A stretch of 64,000 nucleotides of DNA. Source: Pseudomonas aeruginosa PAO1. GTDB taxonomy: Bacteria; Pseudomonadota; Gammaproteobacteria; Pseudomonadales; Pseudomonadaceae. Positions 50,244-63,535 of this stretch are shown here, one piece after another. A model generated the notes under the pieces. It was not told where the DNA came from. It did not search any database and saw only the letters and a list, made by a program, of their open reading frames with translations. Numbering within the stretch: the stretch's first letter is position 1; each line of letters opens with the position of its first letter. The stretch lies in assembly GCF_000006765.1 (NCBI RefSeq), contig NC_002516.2; one strand, written 5' to 3'. The position numbers and the translations under genes are program-made.

Positions 50244-53075
50244 ATGCACGAAAGCGTAATGCAGCGGATGTGGAACAGTGCCCATCTATCCGGTGGTAAC
50301 GCTGCCTACGTCGAAGAGCTCTACGAGCTCTACCTGCACGACCCTAACGCTGTGCCAGAAGAGTGGCGCACGTATTTCCAGAAGCTTCCCGCCGATGGCA
50401 ATCCCGCCCCCGACGTCTCGCACTCCACAGTGCGCGATCATTTCGTCCTGCTGGCCAAGAACCAGCGCCGTGCCCAGCCGGTTTCCGCCGGTAGCGTGAG
50501 CAGCGAGCACGAGAAGAAGCAGGTCGAAGTCCTTCGTCTCATTCACGCTTACCGTCTCCGCGGCCACCAGGCTTCCACCCTCGACCCGCTCGGCCTGTGG
50601 CAGCGTCCCGCGCCTGCCGACCTGTCGATCGACCACTACGGTCTGACGGGTGCCGACCTGGACACCACTTTCCGCACCGGTGAGCTTTACATCGGCAAGG
50701 AAGAGGCGACCCTGCGTGAAATCGTCGACAGCCTGAAGAGCACCTACTGCGGTACCTTCGGCGCCGAGTTCATGCACATCGTCGATTCCGAGCAGCGCAA
50801 GTGGTTCCTCCAGCGTCTGGAAAGCGTGCGTGGTCGTCCCGGCTTCTCCGCCGAGGCGCGTGCGCACCTGCTCGAGCGCCTGACCGCGGCCGAAGGCCTG
50901 GAGAAGTACCTGGGCACCAAGTACCCGGGCACCAAGCGTTTCGGCCTGGAAGGCGGCGAAAGCCTGATCCCGATGGTCGACGAGATCATCCAGCGCTGCG
51001 GTTCCTACGGCGCCAAGGAAATCGTCATCGGCATGGCCCACCGCGGTCGCCTGAACGTCCTGGTCAACACCCTGGGCAAGAACCCGCGCGACCTGTTCGA
51101 CGAGTTCGAAGGCAAGAAGATCGTCGAGCTGGGCTCCGGTGACGTGAAGTACCACCAGGGCTTCTCCTCGAACGTGATGACCAGCGGTGGCGAAGTCCAC
51201 CTGGCGCTGGCGTTCAACCCGTCCCACCTGGAAATCGTTTCCCCGGTGGTCGAGGGTTCCGTTCGTGCTCGCCAGGACCGCCGCAAGGACAGCTCCGGCG
51301 ACAAGGTGGTACCGATTTCCATCCACGGCGATGCCGCCTTCGCGGGGCAGGGCGTGGTCATGGAAACCTTCCAGATGTCGCAGACCCGCGCCTACAAGAC
51401 CGGTGGCACCATCCACCTGGTGATCAACAACCAGGTCGGTTTCACCACCAGCCGCCAGGACGATGCGCGTTCCACCGAGTACGCCACCGACGTGGCGAAG
51501 ATGATTCAGGCGCCGATCTTCCACGTCAACGGCGACGATCCCGAAGCCGTGCTGTTCGTCACCCAACTGGCCGTCGACTACCGCATGCAGTTCAAGCGTG
51601 ACGTGGTCATCGACCTGGTCTGCTACCGTCGCCGCGGCCACAACGAGGCGGACGAGCCGAGCGGCACCCAGCCGCTGATGTACCAGCAGATCGCCAAGCA
51701 GCGTACTACCCGCGAGCTGTACGCCGATGCCCTGGTGAATGCCGGCGTGCTCAGCGCCGAGCAGGTTCAGTCGAAGATCGACGACTACCGCGACGCCCTT
51801 GACAACGGCCTGCACGTGGTGAAGAGCCTGGTCAAGGAACCCAACAAGGAACTGTTCGTCGACTGGCGTCCGTACCTGGGTCATGCCTGGACCGCGCGTC
51901 ACGACACCCGCTTCGACCTGAAGACCCTGCAGGAACTGTCCAGCAAGATGCTGGAAGTGCCGGAAGGCTTCGTGGTTCAGCGCCAGGTTTCGAAGATCTA
52001 CGAAGATCGCCAGAAGATGGCGGCCGGTGGCCTGCCGATCAACTGGGGCTTCGCCGAGACCCTGGCCTACGCGACCCTGCTGTTCGAAGGCCATCCGGTA
52101 CGGATGACCGGCCAGGACGTCGGCCGTGGCACCTTCTCGCACCGTCACGCGGTGCTGCACAACCAGAAGGATGACTCGGTCTACGTACCGCTGGCCAATC
52201 TGTTCGACGGCCAGCCGCGCCTGGATATCTACGATTCCTTCCTTTCGGAAGAGGCCGTGCTGGCGTTCGAATACGGTTTCGCCACCACCACGCCGAACTC
52301 GCTGGTGATCTGGGAAGCCCAGTTCGGCGACTTCGCCAACGGCGCCCAGGTGGTCATCGACCAGTTCATCACCAGTGGCGAAAGCAAATGGGGCCGACTC
52401 TGCGGCCTGACCATGCTGCTGCCGCACGGCTATGAGGGGCAGGGCCCGGAGCACTCCTCCGCGCGCCTGGAGCGCTACCTGCAGCTCTGTGCCGAGCAGA
52501 ACATCCAGGTCTGCGTGCCGACCACCCCGGCTCAGGTCTACCACATGCTCCGCCGTCAGGTGATCCGCCCGCTGCGCAAGCCGCTGGTGGTGATGACGCC
52601 GAAGTCCCTGCTGCGTCACAAGCTCGCCATCTCGACCCTGGAAGATCTGGCCAACGGTTCCTTCCAGACTGTGATCCCGGAAATCGACAGCCTGGATCCG
52701 AAGAAGGTCGACCGCGTCGTGCTGTGCAGCGGCAAGGTGTACTACGACCTGCTGGAGAAGCGTCGCGCGGAAGGCCGCGAAGATACCGCGATCGTCCGTA
52801 TCGAGCAGCTGTATCCGTTCCCGGAAGACGACCTGGCGGAAGTTCTGGCTCCGTACAAGAACCTCAAGCACATCGTCTGGTGCCAGGAAGAGCCGATGAA
52901 CCAGGGCGCCTGGTTCTGCAGCCAGCATCACATGCGTCGTGTCATCGCCGCGCACAAGAAGGGCCTCAATCTCGAGTACGCCGGCCGCGAAGGCTCCGCT
53001 GCTCCGGCTTGCGGCTACGCCTCGATGCACGCCGAGCAGCAGGAAAAACTGCTGCAAGACGCCTTTACTGTTTAA
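50244..53075 (+). CDS. sucA: 2-oxoglutarate dehydrogenase E1
   Basis: KRFGLEG, GMAHRGRLN, HGDAAFAGQG, RRGHNE and WEAQFGDFANGAQ. Confidence 0.98.
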   Translation: MHESVMQRMWNSAHLSGGNAAYVEELYELYLHDPNAVPEEWRTYFQKLPADGNPAPDVSHSTVRDHFVLLAKNQRRAQPVSAGSVSSEHEKKQVEVLRLIHAYRLRGHQASTLDPLGLWQRPAPADLSIDHYGLTGADLDTTFRTGELYIGKEEATLREIVDSLKSTYCGTFGAEFMHIVDSEQRKWFLQRLESVRGRPGFSAEARAHLLERLTAAEGLEKYLGTKYPGTKRFGLEGGESLIPMVDEIIQRCGSYGAKEIVIGMAHRGRLNVLVNTLGKNPRDLFDEFEGKKIVELGSGDVKYHQGFSSNVMTSGGEVHLALAFNPSHLEIVSPVVEGSVRARQDRRKDSSGDKVVPISIHGDAAFAGQGVVMETFQMSQTRAYKTGGTIHLVINNQVGFTTSRQDDARSTEYATDVAKMIQAPIFHVNGDDPEAVLFVTQLAVDYRMQFKRDVVIDLVCYRRRGHNEADEPSGTQPLMYQQIAKQRTTRELYADALVNAGVLSAEQVQSKIDDYRDALDNGLHVVKSLVKEPNKELFVDWRPYLGHAWTARHDTRFDLKTLQELSSKMLEVPEGFVVQRQVSKIYEDRQKMAAGGLPINWGFAETLAYATLLFEGHPVRMTGQDVGRGTFSHRHAVLHNQKDDSVYVPLANLFDGQPRLDIYDSFLSEEAVLAFEYGFATTTPNSLVIWEAQFGDFANGAQVVIDQFITSGESKWGRLCGLTMLLPHGYEGQGPEHSSARLERYLQLCAEQNIQVCVPTTPAQVYHMLRRQVIRPLRKPLVVMTPKSLLRHKLAISTLEDLANGSFQTVIPEIDSLDPKKVDRVVLCSGKVYYDLLEKRRAEGREDTAIVRIEQLYPFPEDDLAEVLAPYKNLKHIVWCQEEPMNQGAWFCSQHHMRRVIAAHKKGLNLEYAGREGSAAPACGYASMHAEQQEKLLQDAFTV

Positions 53076-53117
53076 CGCCTACGCGCTGAAGAAACCGAAT
53101 TTAAGGAAACGCACACA

Positions 53118-54347
53118 ATGGCTATCGAAATCAAAGCCCCAACCTTCCCGGAATCGGTCGCCGACGGCACCGTCGCCACCTGGCACAAGAAGCCGGGCGA
53201 AGCAGTCAAGCGCGACGAACTGATCGTCGACATCGAGACCGACAAGGTGGTCATCGAGGTTCTCGCCGAGGCTGACGGCGTGCTGGCCGAGATCATCAAG
53301 AACGAAGGCGACACCGTTCTGAGCAACGAGCTGCTCGGCAAGCTGAACGAAGGCGGCGCCGCCGCTCCGGCCGCTCCGGCTGCCGCTGCGCCCGCCGCCG
53401 CTCCGGCTGCACAGGCCGCCGCTCCGGCCGCCGCTGGCGGCGACGACGCCATCCTGTCCCCGGCCGCGCGCAAGCTGGCCGAGGAGGCCGGCATCGATCC
53501 GAACAGCATCGCCGGCACCGGCAAGGGCGGTCGCGTGACCAAGGAAGACGTGGTCGCTGCGGTCGAAGCGAAGAAGAACGCCCCGGCCGCCCCGGCCAAG
53601 CCTGCCGCCCCGGCTGCCGAGGCGCCGATCTTCGCCGCCGGCGACCGTGTCGAGAAGCGCGTGCCGATGACCCGCCTGCGGGCCAAGGTCGCCGAGCGCC
53701 TGGTCGAGGCGCAGTCCGCCATGGCCATGCTGACCACCTTCAACGAGGTCAACATGAAGCCGATCATGGACCTGCGTTCGAAGTACAAGGACCTGTTCGA
53801 GAAGAAGCACAACGGCGTGCGCCTGGGCTTCATGTCCTTCTTCGTCAAGGCCGCCACCGAGGCGCTGAAGCGCTTCCCGGGGGTCAACGCTTCCATCGAC
53901 GGCAACGACATCGTCTACCACGGCTACCAGGACATCGGCGTTGCCGTTTCCAGCGACCGCGGCCTGGTGGTTCCGGTACTGCGTAACGCCGAGTTCATGA
54001 GCCTGGCCGAGATCGAGGGCGGCATCGCCAACTTCGGCAAGAAGGCGAAGGAAGGCAAGCTGACCATCGAAGACATGACCGGCGGCACCTTCACCATCTC
54101 CAACGGTGGCGTGTTCGGTTCCCTGCTGTCGACCCCGATCGTCAACCCGCCGCAGACCGCCATCCTCGGCATGCACAAGATCCAGGAGCGCCCGATGGCC
54201 GTGAACGGCCAGGTGGTGATCCTGCCGATGATGTATCTGGCGCTGTCCTACGACCACCGTCTGATCGACGGCAAGGAAGCGGTGAGCTTCCTGGTGGCGA
54301 TCAAGGACCTGCTGGAAGATCCGGCTCGCCTGCTGCTGGACGTCTGA
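53118..54347 (+). CDS. sucB: Dihydrolipoamide succinyltransferase E2
   Basis: Lipoyl ETDKV, Ala/Pro linker, DHRLIDG. Confidence 0.98.
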   Translation: MAIEIKAPTFPESVADGTVATWHKKPGEAVKRDELIVDIETDKVVIEVLAEADGVLAEIIKNEGDTVLSNELLGKLNEGGAAAPAAPAAAAPAAAPAAQAAAPAAAGGDDAILSPAARKLAEEAGIDPNSIAGTGKGGRVTKEDVVAAVEAKKNAPAAPAKPAAPAAEAPIFAAGDRVEKRVPMTRLRAKVAERLVEAQSAMAMLTTFNEVNMKPIMDLRSKYKDLFEKKHNGVRLGFMSFFVKAATEALKRFPGVNASIDGNDIVYHGYQDIGVAVSSDRGLVVPVLRNAEFMSLAEIEGGIANFGKKAKEGKLTIEDMTGGTFTISNGGVFGSLLSTPIVNPPQTAILGMHKIQERPMAVNGQVVILPMMYLALSYDHRLIDGKEAVSFLVAIKDLLEDPARLLLDV

Positions 54348-54412
54348 TTTAGCGTTTCTCTTCACGGCGGCCCCCTCGTGGGGCCGTCCGGTTTCACCCG
54401 AATAAGGATTGA

Positions 54413-55852
<1,440 letters not shown>

Positions 55853-55959
55853 GTGATCCGACGCCCCGGTTCACGCCAGGGGCGTCACAGCGACGCGGGA
55901 CGCGTCGTCCGTCAGGCCAGGACAGGTTCCTGGCCTTGTCGGGTCCGGGTTCTGTAGAA

Positions 55960-56180
55960 TCCACGGTTTGCCGCCTGCGTCGGGATGCCGCAGGCGGCAG
56001 ACTTTCAGAAGAACCACGGCGGGTGAGCGCCGGCGACCGTTGCGAGGTGGCCGCGGGCGTATGCCGCCGGACTGTTTTTTCGCGAGCCGGGTGGTTCGCG
56101 AAACGACGGTCACAGGTGGTGGGGCGCCACGAGCGCTCCGCCGAAATGCGCAATACCTAGACGAATAACGGTAGACAAGC
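55960..56180 (+). ncRNA. Structured sucC 5' leader (candidate sucC motif)
   Basis: Strong hairpin TGCCGCCTGCG-N9-CGCAGGCGGCA plus further stems before the sucC start; a Pseudomonas sucC motif is recalled; boundaries approximate. Confidence 0.45.
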
Positions 56181-58234
<2,054 letters not shown>

Positions 58235-58261
58235 TTTCCCGGGTTTTCTGAGTTCCAGGAC

Positions 58262-58291
58262 GAAGGCCACCGCCTCACAGCGGTGGCCTTC
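58262..58291 (+). terminator. Hairpin after sucD
   Basis: GAAGGCCACCGC-CTCACA-GCGGTGGCCTTC, 12-bp stem with a weak U tail. Confidence 0.6.
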
Positions 58292-58544
58292 GTCGTTCTA
58301 TCGCATCCGTCAAACGAATGTTGCCGCGATGCGCTATCATTGCCAACGGTTCGTGTCCGACAAAATCCCGGGCGCGCCACGCATCATCCCGCAGGCCAGT
58401 GCGCCTGCAGCTATAACGCCACATGGCCCTCAAAAGGGGTCGGGCGGCTTGACCGGTCCTCCTCATCCGGAAGGACGTTGTTTCCTAACACCCCCAAAGG
58501 GAAACCCCGAACAACCGAGACTTCTGCCAGTGGTACATCCTCCT

Positions 58545-59858
58545 ATGACTCATTTGAAAGGGTTCGACCTGCTCGCCCTTGGCTTCATGACGTTCGCGCT
58601 TTTTCTCGGCGCGGGTAACATCATCTTTCCTCCCAGTGCCGGCATGGCGGCGGGCGAACACGTATGGAGCGCGGCTTTCGGCTTCCTCCTTACCGGTGTC
58701 GGCCTGCCGTTGCTGACGGTGGTCGCCCTGGCCCGGGTCGGAGGCGGTATTGGCCGCCTGACCCAGCCGATCGGGCGGCGCGCGGGAGTGGCGTTCGCCA
58801 TCGCCGTCTATCTTGCCATCGGCCCGCTGTTCGCCACCCCGCGTACAGCCGTGGTGTCCTTCGAGATGGGCGTCGCGCCCTTCACCGGGGACGGCGGCGT
58901 GCCGTTGCTCATCTATACCGTCGCTTACTTCTCCGTGGTTCTGTTCCTGGTGCTGAACCCGGGTCGCCTTGTCGACCGGGTCGGAAAGGTCATCACGCCG
59001 GTGCTGCTGTCGGCCCTGCTGGTCCTTGGCGGCGCGGCGATCTTCGCGCCGGCGGGAGAGATCGGCAGCAGTTCCGGCGAGTACCAGAGCGCGCCCCTGG
59101 TGCAGGGCTTCCTGCAGGGCTACCTGACCATGGATACCCTCGGTGCGCTGGTCTTCGGTATCGTCATCGCCACCGCCATTCGCGACCGCGGCATCAGCGA
59201 CAGCCGGCTGGTCACGCGCTATTCCATGATCGCCGGGGTCATCGCCGCCACCGGCCTGTCCCTGGTCTACCTGGCGCTGTTCTATCTTGGCGCCACCAGC
59301 CAGGGCATCGCCGGCGACGCCCAGAATGGCGTACAGATCCTCACCGCCTATGTGCAGCAGACCTTTGGCGTTTCCGGCAGCCTGTTGCTGGCGGTGGTCA
59401 TCACCCTGGCCTGCCTGACCACGGCGGTAGGGCTGATCACGGCGTGCGGCGAGTTCTTCAGCGACCTGCTGCCGGTTTCGTACAAGACGGTGGTGATCGT
59501 GTTCTCGCTGTTCAGCCTGCTGGTCGCCAACCAGGGACTGACCCAGTTGATCAGCCTTTCGGTACCGGTTCTGGTGGGACTCTATCCGCTCGCCATCGTG
59601 CTGATCGCCCTGAGCCTGTTCGACCGGCTCTGGGTGTCGGCCCCGCGGGTGTTCGTGCCGGTGATGATCGTCGCGCTGCTCTTCGGCATCGTCGACGGGC
59701 TGGGGGCGGCCAAGCTGAACGGGTGGGTGCCGGACGTCTTCGCCAAGCTTCCGCTCGCCGATCAGAGCCTTGGCTGGCTGCTGCCGGTATCCATTGCGCT
59801 GGTCCTGGCAGTCGTTTGCGATCGGCTGCTGGGCAAGCCGCGCGAAGCGGTCGCCTGA
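58545..59858 (+). CDS. braB: Branched-chain amino acid:Na+ symporter (BrnQ family)
   Basis: FALFLGAGNIIFPP, IGPLFATPRTA and GYLTMDTLG; 437 aa. Confidence 0.88.
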   Translation: MTHLKGFDLLALGFMTFALFLGAGNIIFPPSAGMAAGEHVWSAAFGFLLTGVGLPLLTVVALARVGGGIGRLTQPIGRRAGVAFAIAVYLAIGPLFATPRTAVVSFEMGVAPFTGDGGVPLLIYTVAYFSVVLFLVLNPGRLVDRVGKVITPVLLSALLVLGGAAIFAPAGEIGSSSGEYQSAPLVQGFLQGYLTMDTLGALVFGIVIATAIRDRGISDSRLVTRYSMIAGVIAATGLSLVYLALFYLGATSQGIAGDAQNGVQILTAYVQQTFGVSGSLLLAVVITLACLTTAVGLITACGEFFSDLLPVSYKTVVIVFSLFSLLVANQGLTQLISLSVPVLVGLYPLAIVLIALSLFDRLWVSAPRVFVPVMIVALLFGIVDGLGAAKLNGWVPDVFAKLPLADQSLGWLLPVSIALVLAVVCDRLLGKPREAVA

Positions 59859-59878
59859 GACGTCAGGCGAACCCCAGG

Positions 59879-59904
59879 AAGGCCGCCTCCGGGCGGCCTT
59901 TTTC
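59879..59904 (+). terminator. Terminator after braB
   Basis: AAGGCCGCC-TCCG-GGCGGCCTT followed by TTT. Confidence 0.8.
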
Positions 59905-60003
59905 ATGAGCCGACGAAAGTCGTGTCCTGGCCGCGGCGAGCGGCGTCCCAACGGCGCGAAACAACGGCGGGGCGATTCCCGGCCGGCTCAAGAGGGAGTT
60001 TTC

Positions 60004-60768
60004 ATGACCGCCGAACTCGGCATTTTCAACGGGCACCTGCTGCAACACCTGCTGGCGGCGCTCTGGTTCCTGTTCTGCTGGGTGGGCTACACCCGCTACG
60101 CCACCTGGAAGGGTCGCGACACCGCCTGCCTGGCCAGCGTCCTGCACCTCTACCGGGAGGACTGGATGCGCCGGTTGCTGCTGCGCGACAACCGTATCGC
60201 CGACGCCAGCGTGATCGGTAACCTGGAGCGTAACGCGTCGTTCTTCGCCTCCAGCACGCTGATCATCCTCGCCGGCATCCTCACCCTGCTGGGCTCCACC
60301 GATCGCGCCGTCTCGGTACTGGCCGACCTGCCGTTCGTGGAGGAGGCCAGCCGGGGACTGTCGGAACTGAAGCTGCTGTGCCTGGCAGTGGTCTTCGTCT
60401 ATGCCTTCTTCACCTTCAGCTGGTGCATGCGCCAATACAACTTCGCGGCGATCCTGGTCGGCTCGGCACCGATGATCGGCGAGCGCAACGTCGGCGAGCT
60501 GGAGCGCAAATCCTTTGCCGAGCGTGCCGCCCGGGTCATCTCGCTGGCGGCCAACCAGTTCAACTTCGGCTTGCGCTCGTACTATTTCGGCCTGGCCATG
60601 CTCGCCTGGTTCATCAATTCCTGGTTCTTCATGCTGGTGACGGCCGGCGTGGTGCTGGTCCTGTATCGCCGCGAATTCCATTCGGACGTGCTGGAGGTGA
60701 TGGTCTACACCGAGACCGCAATCGCCGAAAGCCCGCGGGAAGGCGAGGGCGAGGTGCCCAGGGGCTGA
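60004..60768 (+). CDS. DUF599-family inner membrane protein
   Basis: R..WM, NLERNASFFASST and FNFGLRSYYF; multi-TM; 254 aa. Confidence 0.75.
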   Translation: MTAELGIFNGHLLQHLLAALWFLFCWVGYTRYATWKGRDTACLASVLHLYREDWMRRLLLRDNRIADASVIGNLERNASFFASSTLIILAGILTLLGSTDRAVSVLADLPFVEEASRGLSELKLLCLAVVFVYAFFTFSWCMRQYNFAAILVGSAPMIGERNVGELERKSFAERAARVISLAANQFNFGLRSYYFGLAMLAWFINSWFFMLVTAGVVLVLYRREFHSDVLEVMVYTETAIAESPREGEGEVPRG

Positions 60769-60780
60769 ATCCCGGGCATG

Positions 60781-60806
60781 AAAAAGCCCGCTTGCGCGGG
60801 CTCTTT
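60781..60806. terminator. Bidirectional terminator
   Basis: AAAAAGCCCGC-TTGC-GCGGGCTCTTT. Confidence 0.75.
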
Positions 60807-60826
60807 CAGGGTACGTCAACGAGAAC

Positions 60827-61063
60827 TTATTGCTGGTTCTGTTGCGGTTGCTCCGGAGTCGGTGCCGGAGTCTGCGGGGTTGCCGGAGTGTCGCTCGACG
60901 GCGCCGGGGCGCTGGGCTCGGCAGGGGGAGTAGCCGGAGCGCTCGGCTGGGTCTCGGTAGCCGGAGCTGCCGGGGCCGCTGCCTTGTCTTCCTCTTTCTT
61001 GTCGCAAGCGGCCAGGCCAAGGCTGGCAGCGAGCAGCAGGGCAAGAGTTACGGTCTTTTTCAT
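60827..61063 (-). CDS. Small Pro/Ala-rich lipoprotein
   Basis: Lipobox LAAC at residue 20; mature part low complexity; GGAGG RBS. Confidence 0.88.
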   Translation of the reverse strand: MKKTVTLALLLAASLGLAACDKKEEDKAAAPAAPATETQPSAPATPPAEPSAPAPSSDTPATPQTPAPTPEQPQQNQQ

Positions 61064-61101
61064 CGTTTAGCCTCCATGTGCGGCTTTCCTCGTTGTAGCC
61101 C

Positions 61102-61130
61102 TTTGAACATTTGCGCTGGCGTGAAGTTCC
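61102..61130 (-). promoter_or_regulatory. AlgU (sigma-E)-type promoter for the lipoprotein
   Basis: Minus strand GGAACTT-N17-TCAAA. Confidence 0.75.
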
Positions 61131-61235
61131 ACACACTTCGACTATTTCGATCGTTATGTCCAAAACCCCGGCTGCCGGGGCTTTGGCGGCAGGGTATGAT
61201 TCGCCCTCCAGAAAACTCCCAGCAAGGTCGCCGTC

Positions 61236-61709
61236 ATGTCGGAAAATCCTCTCCTCGAGCGCGCCCGGCGCTTTCTCTCGGCCTTGCGTCATTGCCAGGT
61301 GCTGGGGTTGACGGTCGAGGCCGCCGACGAAAAAGGACTGACCCTGCGCCTGCCCTACAGCCAGGCGATCATCGGCAACCCGGAAAGCGGGGTCGTCCAC
61401 GGCGGCGCGATCACCACCCTGATGGACACCACCTGTGGTATTTCCACGGTCTGCGTGCTGCCGGACTTCGAGATCTGCCCGACGCTCGACCTGCGCATCG
61501 ACTACATGCATCCCGCCGAACCGCACAAGGATGTCTATGGCTTCGCCGAGTGCTACCGGGTCACGCCGAACGTGATCTTCACCCGCGGCTTCGCCTACCA
61601 GGACGATCCGGGCCAGCCCATCGCCCATGTCGTCGGCGCTTTCATGCGCATGGGCGGTTCGGCCCGCGCCGGGGCGGCCAGGCCGGCCGCGCAGGGAGGT
61701 GCGGCATGA
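61236..61709 (+). CDS. PaaI-family thioesterase
   Basis: GNPESGVVHGGAITTLMD and TLDLRIDYM hotdog motifs. Confidence 0.88.
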   Translation: MSENPLLERARRFLSALRHCQVLGLTVEAADEKGLTLRLPYSQAIIGNPESGVVHGGAITTLMDTTCGISTVCVLPDFEICPTLDLRIDYMHPAEPHKDVYGFAECYRVTPNVIFTRGFAYQDDPGQPIAHVVGAFMRMGGSARAGAARPAAQGGAA

Positions 61710-62152
61710 GCCCGACCAGCCTCGAGCAACTGGTCCGCGACGCGCGTCGGAACAACGACTACAGCCCGCTGGTGGAGCTGATCCCGTACGCCAAGCTGCT
61801 CGGCATCGAATGCCTGCGCCTGGGCGACGACATGGTCTTCCGCCTGCCGGCGAACAAGGACAACATCGGCAACCCGACCCTGCCGGCCATCCATGGCGGC
61901 GTGATCGCCGGCTTCATGGAGCATGCGGCGATGTTGCACCTGCTGACCTTCATGAGCATTCCGCACCTGCCGAAGATCATCGATTTCTCCATCGACTACC
62001 TGCGTGCCGGGCACTTCCGCGATACCTACGCGCAATGCCAGGTCTGGCGCCAGGGGCGACGGGTGGCGAACGTCGCGATCAACGCCTGGCAGACCACCCA
62101 GGGCGAGCCCATCGCCACTGCGCGGGCGCATTTCAAGGTGGACGAGCCGTGA
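61706..62152 (+). CDS. PaaI-family thioesterase
   Basis: GNPTLPAIHGG and DFSIDYLRAG; ATGA overlap; GGAGG RBS. Confidence 0.88.
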   Translation: MSPTSLEQLVRDARRNNDYSPLVELIPYAKLLGIECLRLGDDMVFRLPANKDNIGNPTLPAIHGGVIAGFMEHAAMLHLLTFMSIPHLPKIIDFSIDYLRAGHFRDTYAQCQVWRQGRRVANVAINAWQTTQGEPIATARAHFKVDEP

Positions 62153-62188
62153 GCCGTACGCTGCGGAAAGTGGGCTGAGGATATCGCG

Positions 62189-63418
62189 ATGGATGCCTTG
62201 CTGATTCTGGGCGGCCTGCTGCTGATGGTCGCCGGCTATATCTGGGTCATCGTCCTGGCCTTCGGTACCGGTCTGCTGTGGGGTTACGGCAGCCTTTTCC
62301 CGCCGGTGGCGCTGGCCTATATCGGCGTGCACTGGCGTACGGCGCGCAAGGGCGTCGGGCTGGCCGCGCTGGGTTGCATCCCGCTGGTGGTCGGCCTGGC
62401 GCTGCTGGCCAGTCACGACGCTGCGCGACTGGAGGCGATCCTCAGCCTGCGCTGGCTGAAGCCGGAGGCCAGGCCGCCGGCGGAACTGGCCATCGCGCTC
62501 AGCGGGGAGTTCAACGGCAAGCCTTTCGCGCCGCAGAGCGGCGAGTTGATCGGCGGCGTGCTGAGCCTGCGCCAGGGGCACGATTTCTACGCCCAGCGCG
62601 AGCTGCAGATCCGCCTTCCGGCACAGCCGCTCGGGGCGCTGCGCCTGGACGTGCTGCCCGAGGACGGCGGCGCGTTGCCAGAAGTCGAGCTGAGCTGGCT
62701 GCAACCGGATCAGGACCTGCCCGAGGCGCGTCGTCTCCTGCGTGGCTATACCTTGCACCTGGACCTGCGGCCCAAGGCGCCGAACCGCCTGGAGGGCGAG
62801 TTCCACCTGAGCCTGCCGAGCGACTACCGGACCACCCTCAGCGGCCACGTCGAGCTGTATACCGACCGGCTGCGCTATCGGCACGGCAAGGTCGACCTGG
62901 GCTACGACTCCGACGATACCCTGGCCCTGGTCTTGCGCGACTATCTGCAGCGACGTTTCGCCAGCCGCGACGTCAGCCTCGTGCGGGCGCCGTCCTGGCG
63001 CGCGGCCAGCCATGCGCGGCCGCTGCGTATCGAGGCCCTGGTGGCCGGCCAGGCTCAGGTGCTGGAGCTGACGCTGGAGAAGAACGCCCGGCGGGAGTGG
63101 ACGGTGCGCGGCGACGCGTTCCCCGCCTTGCCGGCGGAGCCTGCGACCGTGGCCGCGGCGGCGCCGCCCGAGCCGCAGGCGCTGCCGGCGCCGGGCAACG
63201 CCACCCTCGACCTGGAGCTGGTCCAAGTCGAACCGCAGCGCTACAGCCAGCGCCTGGTCAAGGCCACTACGGTACGCGGGCGTATCGCCGAGGGCCGTTT
63301 CACCGGCCTCGACAGCGAGGGGCGCCTGGTGATCCGCCGGGAAATGCCCGGTGCGGGGGAGGCGAGCTACCTGTTGCGCCCGGCGGAGATCGCCCGTCTC
63401 GAACTGCTCGAACGCTAG
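62189..63418 (+). CDS. Hypothetical protein with N-terminal membrane segments
   Basis: About three hydrophobic segments in the first 75 aa, then a long soluble region; GAGGA RBS. Confidence 0.7.
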   Translation: MDALLILGGLLLMVAGYIWVIVLAFGTGLLWGYGSLFPPVALAYIGVHWRTARKGVGLAALGCIPLVVGLALLASHDAARLEAILSLRWLKPEARPPAELAIALSGEFNGKPFAPQSGELIGGVLSLRQGHDFYAQRELQIRLPAQPLGALRLDVLPEDGGALPEVELSWLQPDQDLPEARRLLRGYTLHLDLRPKAPNRLEGEFHLSLPSDYRTTLSGHVELYTDRLRYRHGKVDLGYDSDDTLALVLRDYLQRRFASRDVSLVRAPSWRAASHARPLRIEALVAGQAQVLELTLEKNARREWTVRGDAFPALPAEPATVAAAAPPEPQALPAPGNATLDLELVQVEPQRYSQRLVKATTVRGRIAEGRFTGLDSEGRLVIRREMPGAGEASYLLRPAEIARLELLER

Positions 63419-63455
63419 TCGTCGCACGATGGTGCGCGGTTTTTTCGCATAAGCG

Positions 63456-63481
63456 CTTGAAAAGCCGGAAGAAGGCCCCAC
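63456..63481 (+). promoter_or_regulatory. Sigma-32 (RpoH) promoter for htpG
   Basis: CTTGAAA-N13-CCCCAC. Confidence 0.85.
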
Positions 63482-63535
63482 CTAGGGGACATCCGCCGTG
63501 GTACGCGGCTTATGTCATTGATGGAGCTTGGAGCG

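Noticed and set aside
53355-53445. GCCGCTCCGGC-type repeats in sucB
   Set aside because: Encode the ordinary Ala/Pro linker of E2 subunits
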